From: an uncultured Actinomycetota bacterium
GTDB taxonomy: Bacteria > Actinomycetota > Actinomycetes > Propionibacteriales > Nocardioidaceae
Direction: 5' to 3'
Length of the DNA: 64,000 nucleotides
NCBI GenBank assembly: GCA_963817425.1
Contig: CAWFOH010000010.1
Coordinates: forward strand, 3,105-67,104
Made by a program: the position numbers and the translations under genes
Notes under the pieces: model-generated
Database searches by the model: none
Seen by the model: only the letters and a program-made list of their open reading frames with translations
Told to the model about the DNA's origin: nothing
In this document: one piece after another, positions 9,256-18,732 of the stretch
Numbering within the stretch: position 1 is the stretch's first letter
Layout: the number at the start of each line of letters is the position of its first letter

Positions 9256-12200
9256 CTAAGTCGGCGAGAGGGTCGCGTCATCGTGGATCTCGGCCTTGAG
9301 CGCCTCGACCTGACGCCTGTAGTCGACCACGTTGTCGAGCTTGATCTGCTCGTAGCCGCGAACTGCGTCGGGCAGACTTGCCAGCTTGGTCGCGGAGGCC
9401 AGTACAAGCGGCGTCAGCGTCGGCAGGATGTCGGCGATCATCGTGCGGTACTCCCGCACCAAGGCGCGCTCCGTTCGACGGACCGGGTGATAGCCGAAGA
9501 TGTCCAGCCGAGTTCCCCGAAGTCGTCGCGCCGCGCGCAGCAGCGCGAACATCGGGCGCGCTCGCGGACCGAACGACAGCTTTCGCTTCAGTCCGAGACT
9601 CCGCAGCATCGGTGGATGCAGCTGGACCGCCACTGAGGCATCCGGGCCGAACTCCCCGGTCACCGACGCCCGCCACTCATCGTCGAGCACGAGCCGAGCG
9701 ACCTCATACTCATCCTTGTATGCCATCAGCTTGTACAGATATGTCGCCACCGCGCGGGTGAGGTCGTCAGAGCCCGGAGCAGCCGCTTCCTCAGCAGCCC
9801 GCACACGCTCCACGAAATCGATGTACTCGCTCGCATAAGCAACGTTCTGGTATCGAATGAGGTCTTCCACGCGGAGACTCACCGTGCGAACCAGCTCGGC
9901 ATGTGCGCCCGAACCGATGCGCGCCATCACCTGCTTTGCGGCCGGGTGCGGGATCCGTGGGGCTGGGGTGGGGAGGGTGTGGACGATCGCGGTATGGAGT
10001 GCGGACTCGTCCGCGATGATCTGACGTCCCCGCCGAAAGGCCTGGATGTTCGTCTCGCTGGAGGCGCCGTTCAGGGTAATCGCTCGCTCGATCGCCTCTG
10101 CGGCAATCGGGAGCTGGCCGACCTGGTAGGCCACCCCCACCAACAGCATGTTGGCGTACTGCTCGTGGCCGAAAAGCTGGTCTGACAACCCGGGAGCATC
10201 CACTGCTACGCGTCGACGGGAGGCCGCCTCGAGATTCTCACGCACTGCCGCTTCTGGCGGGAATTGAATGCTGGTGTCGATCACCATCCTTCCGGTCGGG
10301 ACCTCTGCCGTCGACGCCACGACGACGGTTCGGTCGGGAGAGGCGGCCTTCAGGTTCTTCGGGTCGGTCCCGACGAGCGTGTCGCACACGAGGTACAAGT
10401 CGCACCCGCCATCGGGGATTTTCGACGCTACGAGGCGGTCCGTGATGCGCACATCGGAGACCACGGCGCCGCCCTTCTGGGCCAGGCCAGTCTGATCCAC
10501 GGCACGCACGTTCTTGCCGTCGATGGCGGCAGCCGTCGCCAGGATCTGAGCCACCGTCACCACCCCGGTTCCGCCCACCCCCATCAGTCGCATGGAGAAC
10601 TCAGCCTGGTTGGCCAGCGACGACTCCGGGACCGGTAGCGATTCGCTCGACAGATCGCTGACGCGTTCGCGCGCGACCTTGACCTTGCCTGGGACGACCT
10701 TGACGAAGGACGGGCAGTCGCCTGAGAGGCACGAATAGTCCAGGTTGCAGGAGGACTGATGGATGCGCGTCTTGCGACCGAACTCCGTCTGCACGGGCTG
10801 CACTGACATGCAATTGGACTTCTCGCCACAGTCACCGCATCCCTCGCAGATGCGCTCATTGATCACCACGCGCGTTGCCGGCGTCTCGGCTTGCCCGCGC
10901 TTGCGCTTGCGCCGCTTCTCGGCAGCGCACTCCTGGTCGTGGATCAGAACAGTCACGCCGGGAACCGCAGAAAGCTCACTCTGGATGTCGACGATGTCCG
11001 CTCGATCGCGAAGCTCGACGTCCTTCGGCAACCGCTGCGCCTTGGCGCGTCGTAGGTCTTCGCTGGTGACGACGATCTTGCTGACGCCCTCGGCGCGAAG
11101 CAGCTGCACCAAACGCGGCAGCGACAGCTCGCCGACCGGGTCCTGCCCGCCGGTCATCGCGACGGTGGAGTTGTACAAGATCTTGTAGGTGATGTTCTCT
11201 CCGGACGCGACGGCCGCGCGGAGGGCGAGGCTGCCGGAGTGAGTGAACGTGCCGTCGCCGACGTTCTGGATGAAGTGGTCCTTGTCGACGAATGGCGCCA
11301 TGCCGAGCCATTGGGCCCCCTCGCCGCCCATTTGGGTCAGCCCAATCACGCGCCCCGTCTGCTTGTCGTCCATCAGCAGCACCATGCCGTGGCAACCGAT
11401 TCCGGCGCCGACAACGGAGCCATCCGGCACCTGCGTCGAGGCGTTGTGAGGGCATCCGGAGCAGAAATAGGGAGTCCGCGTCAGCAGCTGAAGGGAGGTA
11501 CGGGTCGTCGCTGGTTGCTCCCGCCAGGCCAGAACCGGCTCGATTCGATGAGCTTCGCCCAGTCGACGGGCAAGCGCACGACTGACCGCGTCCGAGTCCA
11601 GCTCGCCGACCGGACTGACGAGCTCGCGCCCCTTGTCGTCAGTCTTGCCGAGAACGAGGGGAGATCCGGCGCGGCCGTAGAGAATTTCCTTGACCGCGGC
11701 TTCGAGGAAGGACCGCTTTTCCTCCACGACGATGATCTCCTGGAGACCATCGGCAAACTCGGTGATCACGTGTGGATCCAGTGGCCAGATCATCCCGATC
11801 TTCAGCAATCGAATGCCGTGTCGACTCAGATCCGCCAGGTCGAGCCCGAGCGAGCTCAGGGCCTCGATGACGTCGAAATAGGTCTTGCCGGCGCAGACGA
11901 TCCCGATGCGGTCATCCGAGGATCGTGCGACGTGACGATCGAGGCGGTGGGCGCGGGCGTACTCCCACACGCGGGGGAGACGCTGCGAAGCCAAGCTGCG
12001 TTCGAGCGCCATCAGGCCCGGGGCAGCCAGATTGGCGTCAGGGCGGAAGGTGCTGGGCTCCAGATCGGTCAGCGCAGGGACTCCGTCGGGCGTGACAACG
12101 GCGGAGCACGCACCGTCCGCCACGGCCGTGACGATCTTCAGAGCGGACCACAGGCCGGAGTGCCGAGACAGGTACGCCGCGTGAATTCCGAGGTCCAGAA

Positions 12201-12726
12201 CTTCCTGGGGGTCCGCGGGGTACAGGGTCGGAACCTGCAGATCGGCCAGCGCGAACTCCGAGTAGCAGGTCACGGATGAGGACTTGGCCGCGGGATCGTC
12301 CCCGACGAACGCAACAGCACCACCTCGAGGGTCGGTGCCGATCATGTTCGCGTGGCGGATCGCGTCCGACGCGCGGTCAAGACCGGGGCCCTTGCCATAC
12401 CAGTAGCCGGTCACGCCATCCACGTTGAGCGACCCGACCTGAGCAGCCAGCTGGGTACCCATGACGGACGTGGCTGCCAGCTCCTCATTCACCGCAGGAC
12501 GATGCACGACCGACAACCCATCCATCAACCTCATCCGCCGCGCCAGCTCCATGTCGTAGCCCGCCAACGGCGATCCCTCATACCCCGAGATGAACGAGCC
12601 AGTCCGCAGACCACGCTGACGGTCAAGAAGGGCCCGGTCCCGGACTGTGCGAACCAGCGCCTGGATGCCGGACACGTAGATCCGGCCGTCCTCGAGCGTG
12701 TAGCGATCATCGAGCGTGAATTCCAT
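9256..12726 (-). CDS. Fused indolepyruvate/2-oxoacid:ferredoxin oxidoreductase (IorAB-type)
   Basis: SGYEGSPL, VNEELAAT, FCSGCPHN, GDGT TPP motif, CEGCGDC, GVGGTGV, LAQKGG, YKDEYEVARL; start at MEFTLDDRY. Confidence 0.92.
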   Translation of the reverse strand: MEFTLDDRYTLEDGRIYVSGIQALVRTVRDRALLDRQRGLRTGSFISGYEGSPLAGYDMELARRMRLMDGLSVVHRPAVNEELAATSVMGTQLAAQVGSLNVDGVTGYWYGKGPGLDRASDAIRHANMIGTDPRGGAVAFVGDDPAAKSSSVTCYSEFALADLQVPTLYPADPQEVLDLGIHAAYLSRHSGLWSALKIVTAVADGACSAVVTPDGVPALTDLEPSTFRPDANLAAPGLMALERSLASQRLPRVWEYARAHRLDRHVARSSDDRIGIVCAGKTYFDVIEALSSLGLDLADLSRHGIRLLKIGMIWPLDPHVITEFADGLQEIIVVEEKRSFLEAAVKEILYGRAGSPLVLGKTDDKGRELVSPVGELDSDAVSRALARRLGEAHRIEPVLAWREQPATTRTSLQLLTRTPYFCSGCPHNASTQVPDGSVVGAGIGCHGMVLLMDDKQTGRVIGLTQMGGEGAQWLGMAPFVDKDHFIQNVGDGTFTHSGSLALRAAVASGENITYKILYNSTVAMTGGQDPVGELSLPRLVQLLRAEGVSKIVVTSEDLRRAKAQRLPKDVELRDRADIVDIQSELSAVPGVTVLIHDQECAAEKRRKRKRGQAETPATRVVINERICEGCGDCGEKSNCMSVQPVQTEFGRKTRIHQSSCNLDYSCLSGDCPSFVKVVPGKVKVARERVSDLSSESLPVPESSLANQAEFSMRLMGVGGTGVVTVAQILATAAAIDGKNVRAVDQTGLAQKGGAVVSDVRITDRLVASKIPDGGCDLYLVCDTLVGTDPKNLKAASPDRTVVVASTAEVPTGRMVIDTSIQFPPEAAVRENLEAASRRRVAVDAPGLSDQLFGHEQYANMLLVGVAYQVGQLPIAAEAIERAITLNGASSETNIQAFRRGRQIIADESALHTAIVHTLPTPAPRIPHPAAKQVMARIGSGAHAELVRTVSLRVEDLIRYQNVAYASEYIDFVERVRAAEEAAAPGSDDLTRAVATYLYKLMAYKDEYEVARLVLDDEWRASVTGEFGPDASVAVQLHPPMLRSLGLKRKLSFGPRARPMFALLRAARRLRGTRLDIFGYHPVRRTERALVREYRTMIADILPTLTPLVLASATKLASLPDAVRGYEQIKLDNVVDYRRQVEALKAEIHDDATLSPT

Positions 12727-12939
12727 CGGAGCTTCCGTCCCTCGTAAGTTCGCAGGCTGGCCGACCCCTGCTGTGGTGGGCAAACAGGGCCGTGCAGCGA
12801 GTCTGGTCAGCATAAGGAGTATGAACCGTTGGTAGAAGGCTGAAGAAGTTTTCGATACCAATGGTCTAGTCTGGACGGTGAGTCGTTGCTGCAGTTGCGC
12901 CATTGGGTCAGTTCTGCGGGCGAGGAGACGGGGTGCGCC

Positions 12940-13404
12940 ATGGACAAGCTCGACATCGACATCCTGCGATTGATCGTCGAAGAGCCGAAAGCGGGCATTC
13001 GCGAGTACGCACGGCGACTGAACATTGCGCGCGGCACAGTCCAGTCGCGGATCGACAAGTTCGAGGCGTCCGGTGTCATCGTCAGCTGGCGACCTCATAT
13101 CGATTCCCAGGCGCTGGGGTTCGCAGTGACGGCATACGTGCAGGTCCAGGTGGCGCAAGGGGCTGCCGACGAAACCATCCGGGAGTTGGCGAAGGTTCCG
13201 GAGATACTTGAGGCGCACACTGTCGCCGGGGATGCTGACCTCTTGTGCCGGGTGATCGCGCGAGATCACGCGCACTTCGAAGATGTGCTTCAAGCGATCT
13301 TGACCACGAGCGGCGTCCGTCGAGTGCGGTCGGAGATCGTCCTCAGTCGCCGAATCGCTCCTCGCATTGTTCCTTTGTTCGACAAGTTGCGCTCCGAGCT
13401 ATGA
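12940..13404 (+). CDS. Lrp/AsnC-family regulator
   Basis: MDKLDIDILRL HTH and C-terminal RAM domain; divergent from iorAB. Confidence 0.92.
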   Translation: MDKLDIDILRLIVEEPKAGIREYARRLNIARGTVQSRIDKFEASGVIVSWRPHIDSQALGFAVTAYVQVQVAQGAADETIRELAKVPEILEAHTVAGDADLLCRVIARDHAHFEDVLQAILTTSGVRRVRSEIVLSRRIAPRIVPLFDKLRSEL

Positions 13405-13666
13405 CATGGCGCACTGCTTCACCACTCGTGTAGCGCCTGGCCCGTTCCGCCGTGTGCCCCCGGCGCACCCCCGCGATGTAATCAGCGGCGCCGGACCCAC
13501 GAATGCAACTGAAATGACAGGCAAAAACTCAGTCCTGAGTCACTAGTGGTGAGGCGGTCATCGTTCACGCCAGCAGAGCTGGAGTGTCCCGGAGCTTTCG
13601 CCTTGGCCAGACGACTTACGCCAACGCCACACCTCTCCGCCCCGGCTGGAACCGGCAGAGACATCG

Positions 13667-13812
13667 TGAGCACATTTTGAGCACAAACGCTCGTGATCTG
13701 CCTGCGATTGCCGTGATTCACGTGAGACGCATTCACTGAAATTGCAGGAGCCAACGGCATCTCTGCAGGTCGTCTAAGGGCGCGAATAGGGTTCGACCCC
13801 CACCGGGAGCAC
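13667..13812 (+). mobile_element. Putative att junction: direct repeat plus degenerate tRNA 3' fragment
   Basis: TGAGCACA-ttt-TGAGCACA at 13667-13685; GGGTTCGACCCCCACCGGGAGCAC (T-arm/acceptor-like) at 13789-13812. Confidence 0.45.
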
Positions 13813-13990
13813 ACGGGCGGGTGTCGCGTTTCTCTTGCTATTGCAGCGTTTATGCGGGACTCGAGGAGCGGCTGAGACTCGATGGGAACGACCCCAGCAG
13901 TCGGACGTACGGCTGGTGGGCAAATCGGTCAGGTGTTCTGAACACGGGCTTGCTGAGGCACGACTCCACACGCGTCGCGCGGCTGTGACC

Positions 13991-15022
13991 TCAGCGTCCG
14001 CCCGGCAGGATGTCCCTCACTGCGTCGATCACCTTGGCCAAGGGAGGCCGATCGTTGCCGCCGTTGGCCCAGACCGGGTCCTGCGGCAACGGCCCCATCG
14101 GGTCCGCCTCCTCAGGGTCTCCCATGTATGGACTGAGTGAGCGCCGTAAGGCATCGTCGAGCTCGACGAGCTGATGGTGCGGGGGAAGCAGCGACTCTTG
14201 GAAGTCGTCGTCTGCGGCGACCATGTCGTGGTGGAGGCTTTCGACCAAGGCCTCGACCGTGGACCGGGGCACGTCAGTGAGGCTGCCCACGAGCGTGCCC
14301 ACGAGTGCCGTGGGCAACAGCGGAACGCCGACCTGCAGTCGATCGAGCCCTGCGTGCGTGGTGTAGGCCCTCAGCAGCGCTCCGTAGCGCAACTGCTCCG
14401 GTCCGCCGACGTCGAAGTGCCGTGAGGGCCCGGCGTAGTCGAGTGCGCCGACTAGCGCCTCGAGGACGTCGACCATCGCGATCGGATGGACCATTGAGTT
14501 CATCCAGGTCGGCACGGCGTGGATGGGCATCCGCTTGCTGACCTGGCGAATGATCTCGAACGAGGTGGACCCGCTGCCCAGGATCACAGCGGCACGCAGC
14601 GTGACGGCGGTGGCCGACGTGCTGCTGAGGATGCGCTCGACCTCCCGCCGCGACGTGATGTGCTCGGAGAGTTCCTCATCAGCCACGTCTGGCACGATCC
14701 CCGACAGGTAGACGATGCGCTCCAGCTCATGGGCAGCGACCGCTTCGGCGAGATTCACGGCCGCCCTGCGATCGGTCTCGGCGAAGTCGTCCCCACTCAT
14801 GCCGTGGATGAGGTAAAAGACCGCATCCACCCCCTCGCAGGCGGCCGCGACCTGGACGCTGTCCAGCGCATCCATCACGACGGTTTCGACCCGGTCGCAC
14901 CACCACGGTGGCTCACGGTCCGGATTGCTCGTCGTGGTCCGCACGTCGTGGCCGCGCTCGAGCAGGCGGGGCACCAGACGCCCCCCGATGTAGCCGGTCG
15001 CGCCGGTCACCAGGATCTTCAC
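13991..15022 (-). CDS. NAD(P)-dependent epimerase/atypical SDR (YbjT-like)
   Basis: ILVTGATGYIG, FYLIHGM, GSGSTSFE. Confidence 0.85.
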   Translation of the reverse strand: MKILVTGATGYIGGRLVPRLLERGHDVRTTTSNPDREPPWWCDRVETVVMDALDSVQVAAACEGVDAVFYLIHGMSGDDFAETDRRAAVNLAEAVAAHELERIVYLSGIVPDVADEELSEHITSRREVERILSSTSATAVTLRAAVILGSGSTSFEIIRQVSKRMPIHAVPTWMNSMVHPIAMVDVLEALVGALDYAGPSRHFDVGGPEQLRYGALLRAYTTHAGLDRLQVGVPLLPTALVGTLVGSLTDVPRSTVEALVESLHHDMVAADDDFQESLLPPHHQLVELDDALRRSLSPYMGDPEEADPMGPLPQDPVWANGGNDRPPLAKVIDAVRDILPGGR

Positions 15023-15185
15023 GTCGCCAACCTCTGCATACTTCATTAGACGGCACCGGTGCGACCGGCGCACGGTGGAGCATCGCCAGACGTACCGAAC
15101 GAGCTCCCTGTCGCTGAGCTCGTCGACGTTGAGGCGGCCGAGCGAGACCGCCGGCCCGTCCGCGAGACGCCCTTCTAGTGCGCCC

Positions 15186-15445
15186 TCATGAGTCGCCGCG
15201 CGCGGACGTGGCGATGGCAGAGAGGATCGCGATGTCGTCGCGTGCTGCAGGTCCTTGGAACTGCATCACGTCAAGCAGGACCTCACGCGGCACGTTGCGG
15301 CTGTCAGGCAGGGTGGAGACGATCTGGGACAGGCGTTCGTCCCCGTACCAGTCAGCCCCGCGGCGAGCCTCGGTGACACCATCGGTGAACAACGTGATGG
15401 AGTCGTGATCCCGCATCACGAACTTGTCGTCCTCGAAATGCGCTT
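15186..15445 (-). pseudogene. C-terminal fragment of PP2C/SpoIIE phosphatase
   Basis: LFTDGVTEAR...RDDIAIL motifs present; no N-terminal half. Confidence 0.7.
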
Positions 15446-15625
15446 CAACCTCAAGATCGCCGCGGACAGTCGCAACCTGCTCGGTCAGGCGCAAGGCATC
15501 TTGATGGAGCGCTTCAAGATCGACAGCGATCGCGCGTTCGACGTCTTGCGCCGCTACTCGCAAGCCACCAACGTCAAGCTTGCGGTCATCGCGCAACAGG
15601 TCGTCGACCTGCAAGCCTTGCGGAT
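15438..15625 (+). pseudogene. ANTAR-domain fragment
   Basis: SRNLLGQAQGILMERFKIDSDRAFDVLRRYSQATNVKLAVIA; no upstream sensor domain; end approximate. Confidence 0.7.
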
Positions 15626-15699
15626 ACGAACAGTGTTCGACCCACCGGGTGCACTCAGGATCTACGCAACCTGTCGGTCCTCGGTGCAACGATGGCGGC

Positions 15700-16273
15700 A
15701 TGGAGATCGAGATCCGGCCGGCGCGCGAGTTCGACGACGTACGCACGATGGTCGGCCCCAAGCGACCGGACGCGAATGTCTGCTGGTGCCTCAGCTATCG
15801 CATCCCGTCCAAGGAGAACGTCGCGCTCGCAGGGCCCGGCGCGCGGCGATCGGGTCGCGCAGCTCGTTGCGAGAGAACCCACCACCCGGTGTGCTCGCCT
15901 ACGACGGTGACGAGGTGGTGGGCTGGGCCGCGGTGCATCCTCGCGCCGACACGAGCTTTGCCCGCAATCGCAAGATCCCGCACGTCGACGACCTCGACGT
16001 GTGGTCGCTGTGGTGCGTCCGCGTTCGTCCGGGCCATCGCGGCGAGGGCATCTCCCACTCGCTCGTGGCCGGCGCCATCGATTTCGCGCGTGCCCACGGG
16101 CTCCGGCCATCGAGGCATATCCGGTCGACAACGGTGACCGCAAGGTCGACCTGACAATGGCCTACGTCGGCACGCGGAGGCTGTTCGAGCGCGCCGGTTT
16201 CGTCAAGGTCGCCGACACCGACTCGGTGCTCAACGGGTTTCCGCGTGTCCTGATGCGGCTCGACCTGCGTTGA
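15700..16273 (+). CDS. GNAT N-acetyltransferase (frameshifted in this assembly)
   Basis: CWC, PGVLAYDGDEVVGW, RPGHRGEGIS, IEAYPVD, YVGT..LFERAGF spread over several frames. Confidence 0.8.
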
Positions 16274-16284
16274 GCCCACAGGCG

Positions 16285-16765
16285 TCAGGTGGCTGCGATG
16301 CGATCAGCCGCGAGTGGCTTCCGTCGCATGCCGCTTCTTGAACGACGAGGCCCAGCCCGGCAAGGCCGACCGTCAGCACGAGGTGCAGCCAGTTGTCGGC
16401 GGAGTTCACCGGGACGAAGTTGGCGCTCGCTGTCGTGGTCGATCACGATCCCGTAGATCGTGAGCACGCCGTAGATCGCGGCACTGGCGAGCAGGACTGG
16501 TGCGACCAGACGCGCCTGGGTCGCGGCCCAGAGTCCACCGACGCCGAACAGCAGGTGCACGATGTTGTGCAGCACCGAGACCTGGAAGATGCCCAGCAGC
16601 TCGGCGCTCGCTCTCGTGGTCCGCGAACGTCATGGTGTCGTAGTTCGTGGTGATGCCCGGGACGAATCCGAGACGCCGACCAGCAGGAACATGGCGCCAA
16701 CTGATTGCGGCAGCGGCTCTGGCGAACTGGTGAGCGTCGGTGACGCTGCCTCGAGTCTCAGTCAT
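16285..16765 (-). CDS. DUF4383-like membrane protein (frameshifted)
   Basis: LGFVPGITTNY, LLGIFQVSVLHNIVHLLFG, PVNSADNWLH across frames; 3' end uncertain. Confidence 0.7.
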
Positions 16766-16840
16766 GATGCGCTTCCTTCCGAGGAGCTGTGCTCCGTGCA
16801 GGAAGGGACTACCCACTGGTAGGGGGCCAACCATGGTCTC

Positions 16841-17707
16841 CTAGGGGAAGACGACGACGCGGGAGCCGGCCAGGAGCAACCGTTGCTCGGTGTGCCAGCG
16901 CACGGCTCGCGACAAGACCTGGGCCTCGACGTCACGGCCGGCCTGGACCATCTCGGGGGGCGTCATCCGGTGGTCGACCCGGGTCACGTCCTGCTCGATG
17001 ATCGGTCCCTCGTCGAGATCGGCGGTGACGTAGTGCGCCGTCGCCCCGATCAGCTTGACGCCGCGCTCGTGGGCCTGGTGGTAGGGCTTGGCGCCCTTGA
17101 AGCTCGGCAGGAATGAGTGATGAATGTTGATCACCTTGCCTTCCAGCTTCTTGCACGTCTCATCCGAGAGGACCTGCATGTAGCGGGCGAGCACAACCAG
17201 GTCGATGTCGAGCTCCTCGACGAGCTCGAGGAGTCTGGCTTCGGACTGTTCCTTGGTCTCCGGCGTGACCGGCACGTGGTAGAAGGGGACGTCATACGTC
17301 GCGGCGAGACGCTCGAAGTCGCGGTGGTTGGACACGACCGCAGGTATCACGATGTTGAGCGAGCTGGTGCTCTGACGGAACAGCAGGTCGTTGAGGCAGT
17401 GACCGAACTTCGACACCAGGACGAGGGTCCGGTAGGGCGCGACGGCGGAGAACATCTGCCAGTCCATGCCATGAATCGTGGCGACCTGCTCGAACGAAGA
17501 GCGCAGCTGATCCAGCTCGACGCCGGCGACCTCGAAATGCACCCGCATGAAGAAGTTGTGCCCCATGCGGTCGTCGAACTGCTGCGAATCGAGGATGTTT
17601 CCACCCATGTCCATCAACCAGGACGACACCGCGAAGACCAGGCCCGGGCGGTCCTGACATGCCAGGGTGAGCACGTATGAAGGGGGTTGATCCTGATCGA
17701 ACGCCAT
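16841..17707 (-). CDS. purU: Formyltetrahydrofolate deformylase
   Basis: ACT domain (CQDRPGLV), HCLNDLL, LARYMQVLS, NIHHSFLPSFKGAKPYHQA, DLDEGPII. Confidence 0.96.
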   Translation of the reverse strand: MAFDQDQPPSYVLTLACQDRPGLVFAVSSWLMDMGGNILDSQQFDDRMGHNFFMRVHFEVAGVELDQLRSSFEQVATIHGMDWQMFSAVAPYRTLVLVSKFGHCLNDLLFRQSTSSLNIVIPAVVSNHRDFERLAATYDVPFYHVPVTPETKEQSEARLLELVEELDIDLVVLARYMQVLSDETCKKLEGKVINIHHSFLPSFKGAKPYHQAHERGVKLIGATAHYVTADLDEGPIIEQDVTRVDHRMTPPEMVQAGRDVEAQVLSRAVRWHTEQRLLLAGSRVVVFP

Positions 17708-17758
17708 GGGTTCCTGCCTCGGGTGACACTCGGCCCGACTCGAATGTCGGCCGACCGT

Positions 17759-17795
17759 GTTGTGAATTGTGCAATACAGTCGTGCTATGAGCAAC
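17759..17795. promoter_or_regulatory. Tandem 17-bp operator, copy 1 (purU/IclR)
   Basis: GTTGTG-AATTG-TGCAAT plus GTCGTG-CTATG-AGCAAC. Confidence 0.6.
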
Positions 17796-18614
17796 AACTC
17801 AGTGAACAATTCTGGCGGGGCCAAGGCCGCCACCAGCAACGTGCAGTCAGTGGACCGTGCCGTCAGCATCCTCGAGATGCTCGCCCACGACGGCGAGTCC
17901 GGCGTCACGAAGATCGCTGACGAGCTTGGGGTCCACAAGTCCACGGCTTTCAGGCTGATCGCCACCCTGGAGCAACGTGGTCTCGTCGAGCAGGATCTCG
18001 AACGCGGAAAGTATCGCCTCGGGGTCGGCATCCTGCGTCTCGCCGGCGCCACCACCGCGCGACTCGACGTGGTCCAGGAGACGCGACCGTTGGCTCGGGC
18101 GCTGGCTGCTGAGACGGGGGAGACCGTCAACATCGCGGTGCGCTCCGAGGGTGCTGCGTTGTACCTCGACCAGATCGCGGGCACCTCGTCCCTGCAGTCC
18201 CACAACTGGGTCGGCCAGCGCATACCCCTGCACGCGACCGCCAACGGCAAGGTCCTGCTGTCCGGGCTCACCTCCGAGCAGATCGCGGCGGAGGTCGGCC
18301 AGCGTCTCCGTGCGTACACACCGACCACCATCACGTCGATCAAGAAGCTGCTCGTCGACATCGACGCTGTCCGGGAGGCCGGGTACGCCGTGGTGGCCGA
18401 CGAGCTCGAGATGGGCCTGACCGCGATAGCGGCGCCATTGCACAACGCGCACGGCGATGTGATTGCCTCGCTGTCGGTTTCCGGACCGACGTTCCGCTTC
18501 GACGAGGACCGGGTCAAGAAGGCCGTTGACCAGGTCATGGATGTTGCCACCGAGGTGTCCGAACGACTCGGATGGAGGGTCGCCAAACGACCGTCTGGCG
18601 AGATTGACTCTTGA
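17787..18614 (+). CDS. IclR-family regulator of the betaine/C1 cluster
   Basis: VQSVDRA, GVHKSTAFRL, HATANGKVLL. Confidence 0.92.
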   Translation: MSNNSVNNSGGAKAATSNVQSVDRAVSILEMLAHDGESGVTKIADELGVHKSTAFRLIATLEQRGLVEQDLERGKYRLGVGILRLAGATTARLDVVQETRPLARALAAETGETVNIAVRSEGAALYLDQIAGTSSLQSHNWVGQRIPLHATANGKVLLSGLTSEQIAAEVGQRLRAYTPTTITSIKKLLVDIDAVREAGYAVVADELEMGLTAIAAPLHNAHGDVIASLSVSGPTFRFDEDRVKKAVDQVMDVATEVSERLGWRVAKRPSGEIDS

Positions 18615-18640
18615 CGTAGCGCCCACTTGGCGCGACAGTT

Positions 18641-18676
18641 GTTGCGCAACGTAGTTCTGGTTGTGTAATACGCAAC
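18641..18676. promoter_or_regulatory. Tandem 17-bp operator, copy 2 (betB)
   Basis: GTTGTG-TAATA-CGCAAC at 18660-18676 preceded by a weaker GTTGCG... site. Confidence 0.65.
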
Positions 18677-18732
18677 AAAATTGTATCGGGCGGGTTACGA
18701 CCACGAGATCGTTTTAGAGCGAGGAGGCACAG

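Noticed and set aside
13595-13670. DDLRQRH resembling the tyrosine-recombinase HxLRH motif
   Set aside because: Too short, and no other integrase motifs are in frame; could be chance.
13740-13815. Intact tRNA gene
   Set aside because: Only a T-arm/acceptor-like 3' part is visible; no D-arm, anticodon arm or pairing 5' strand.
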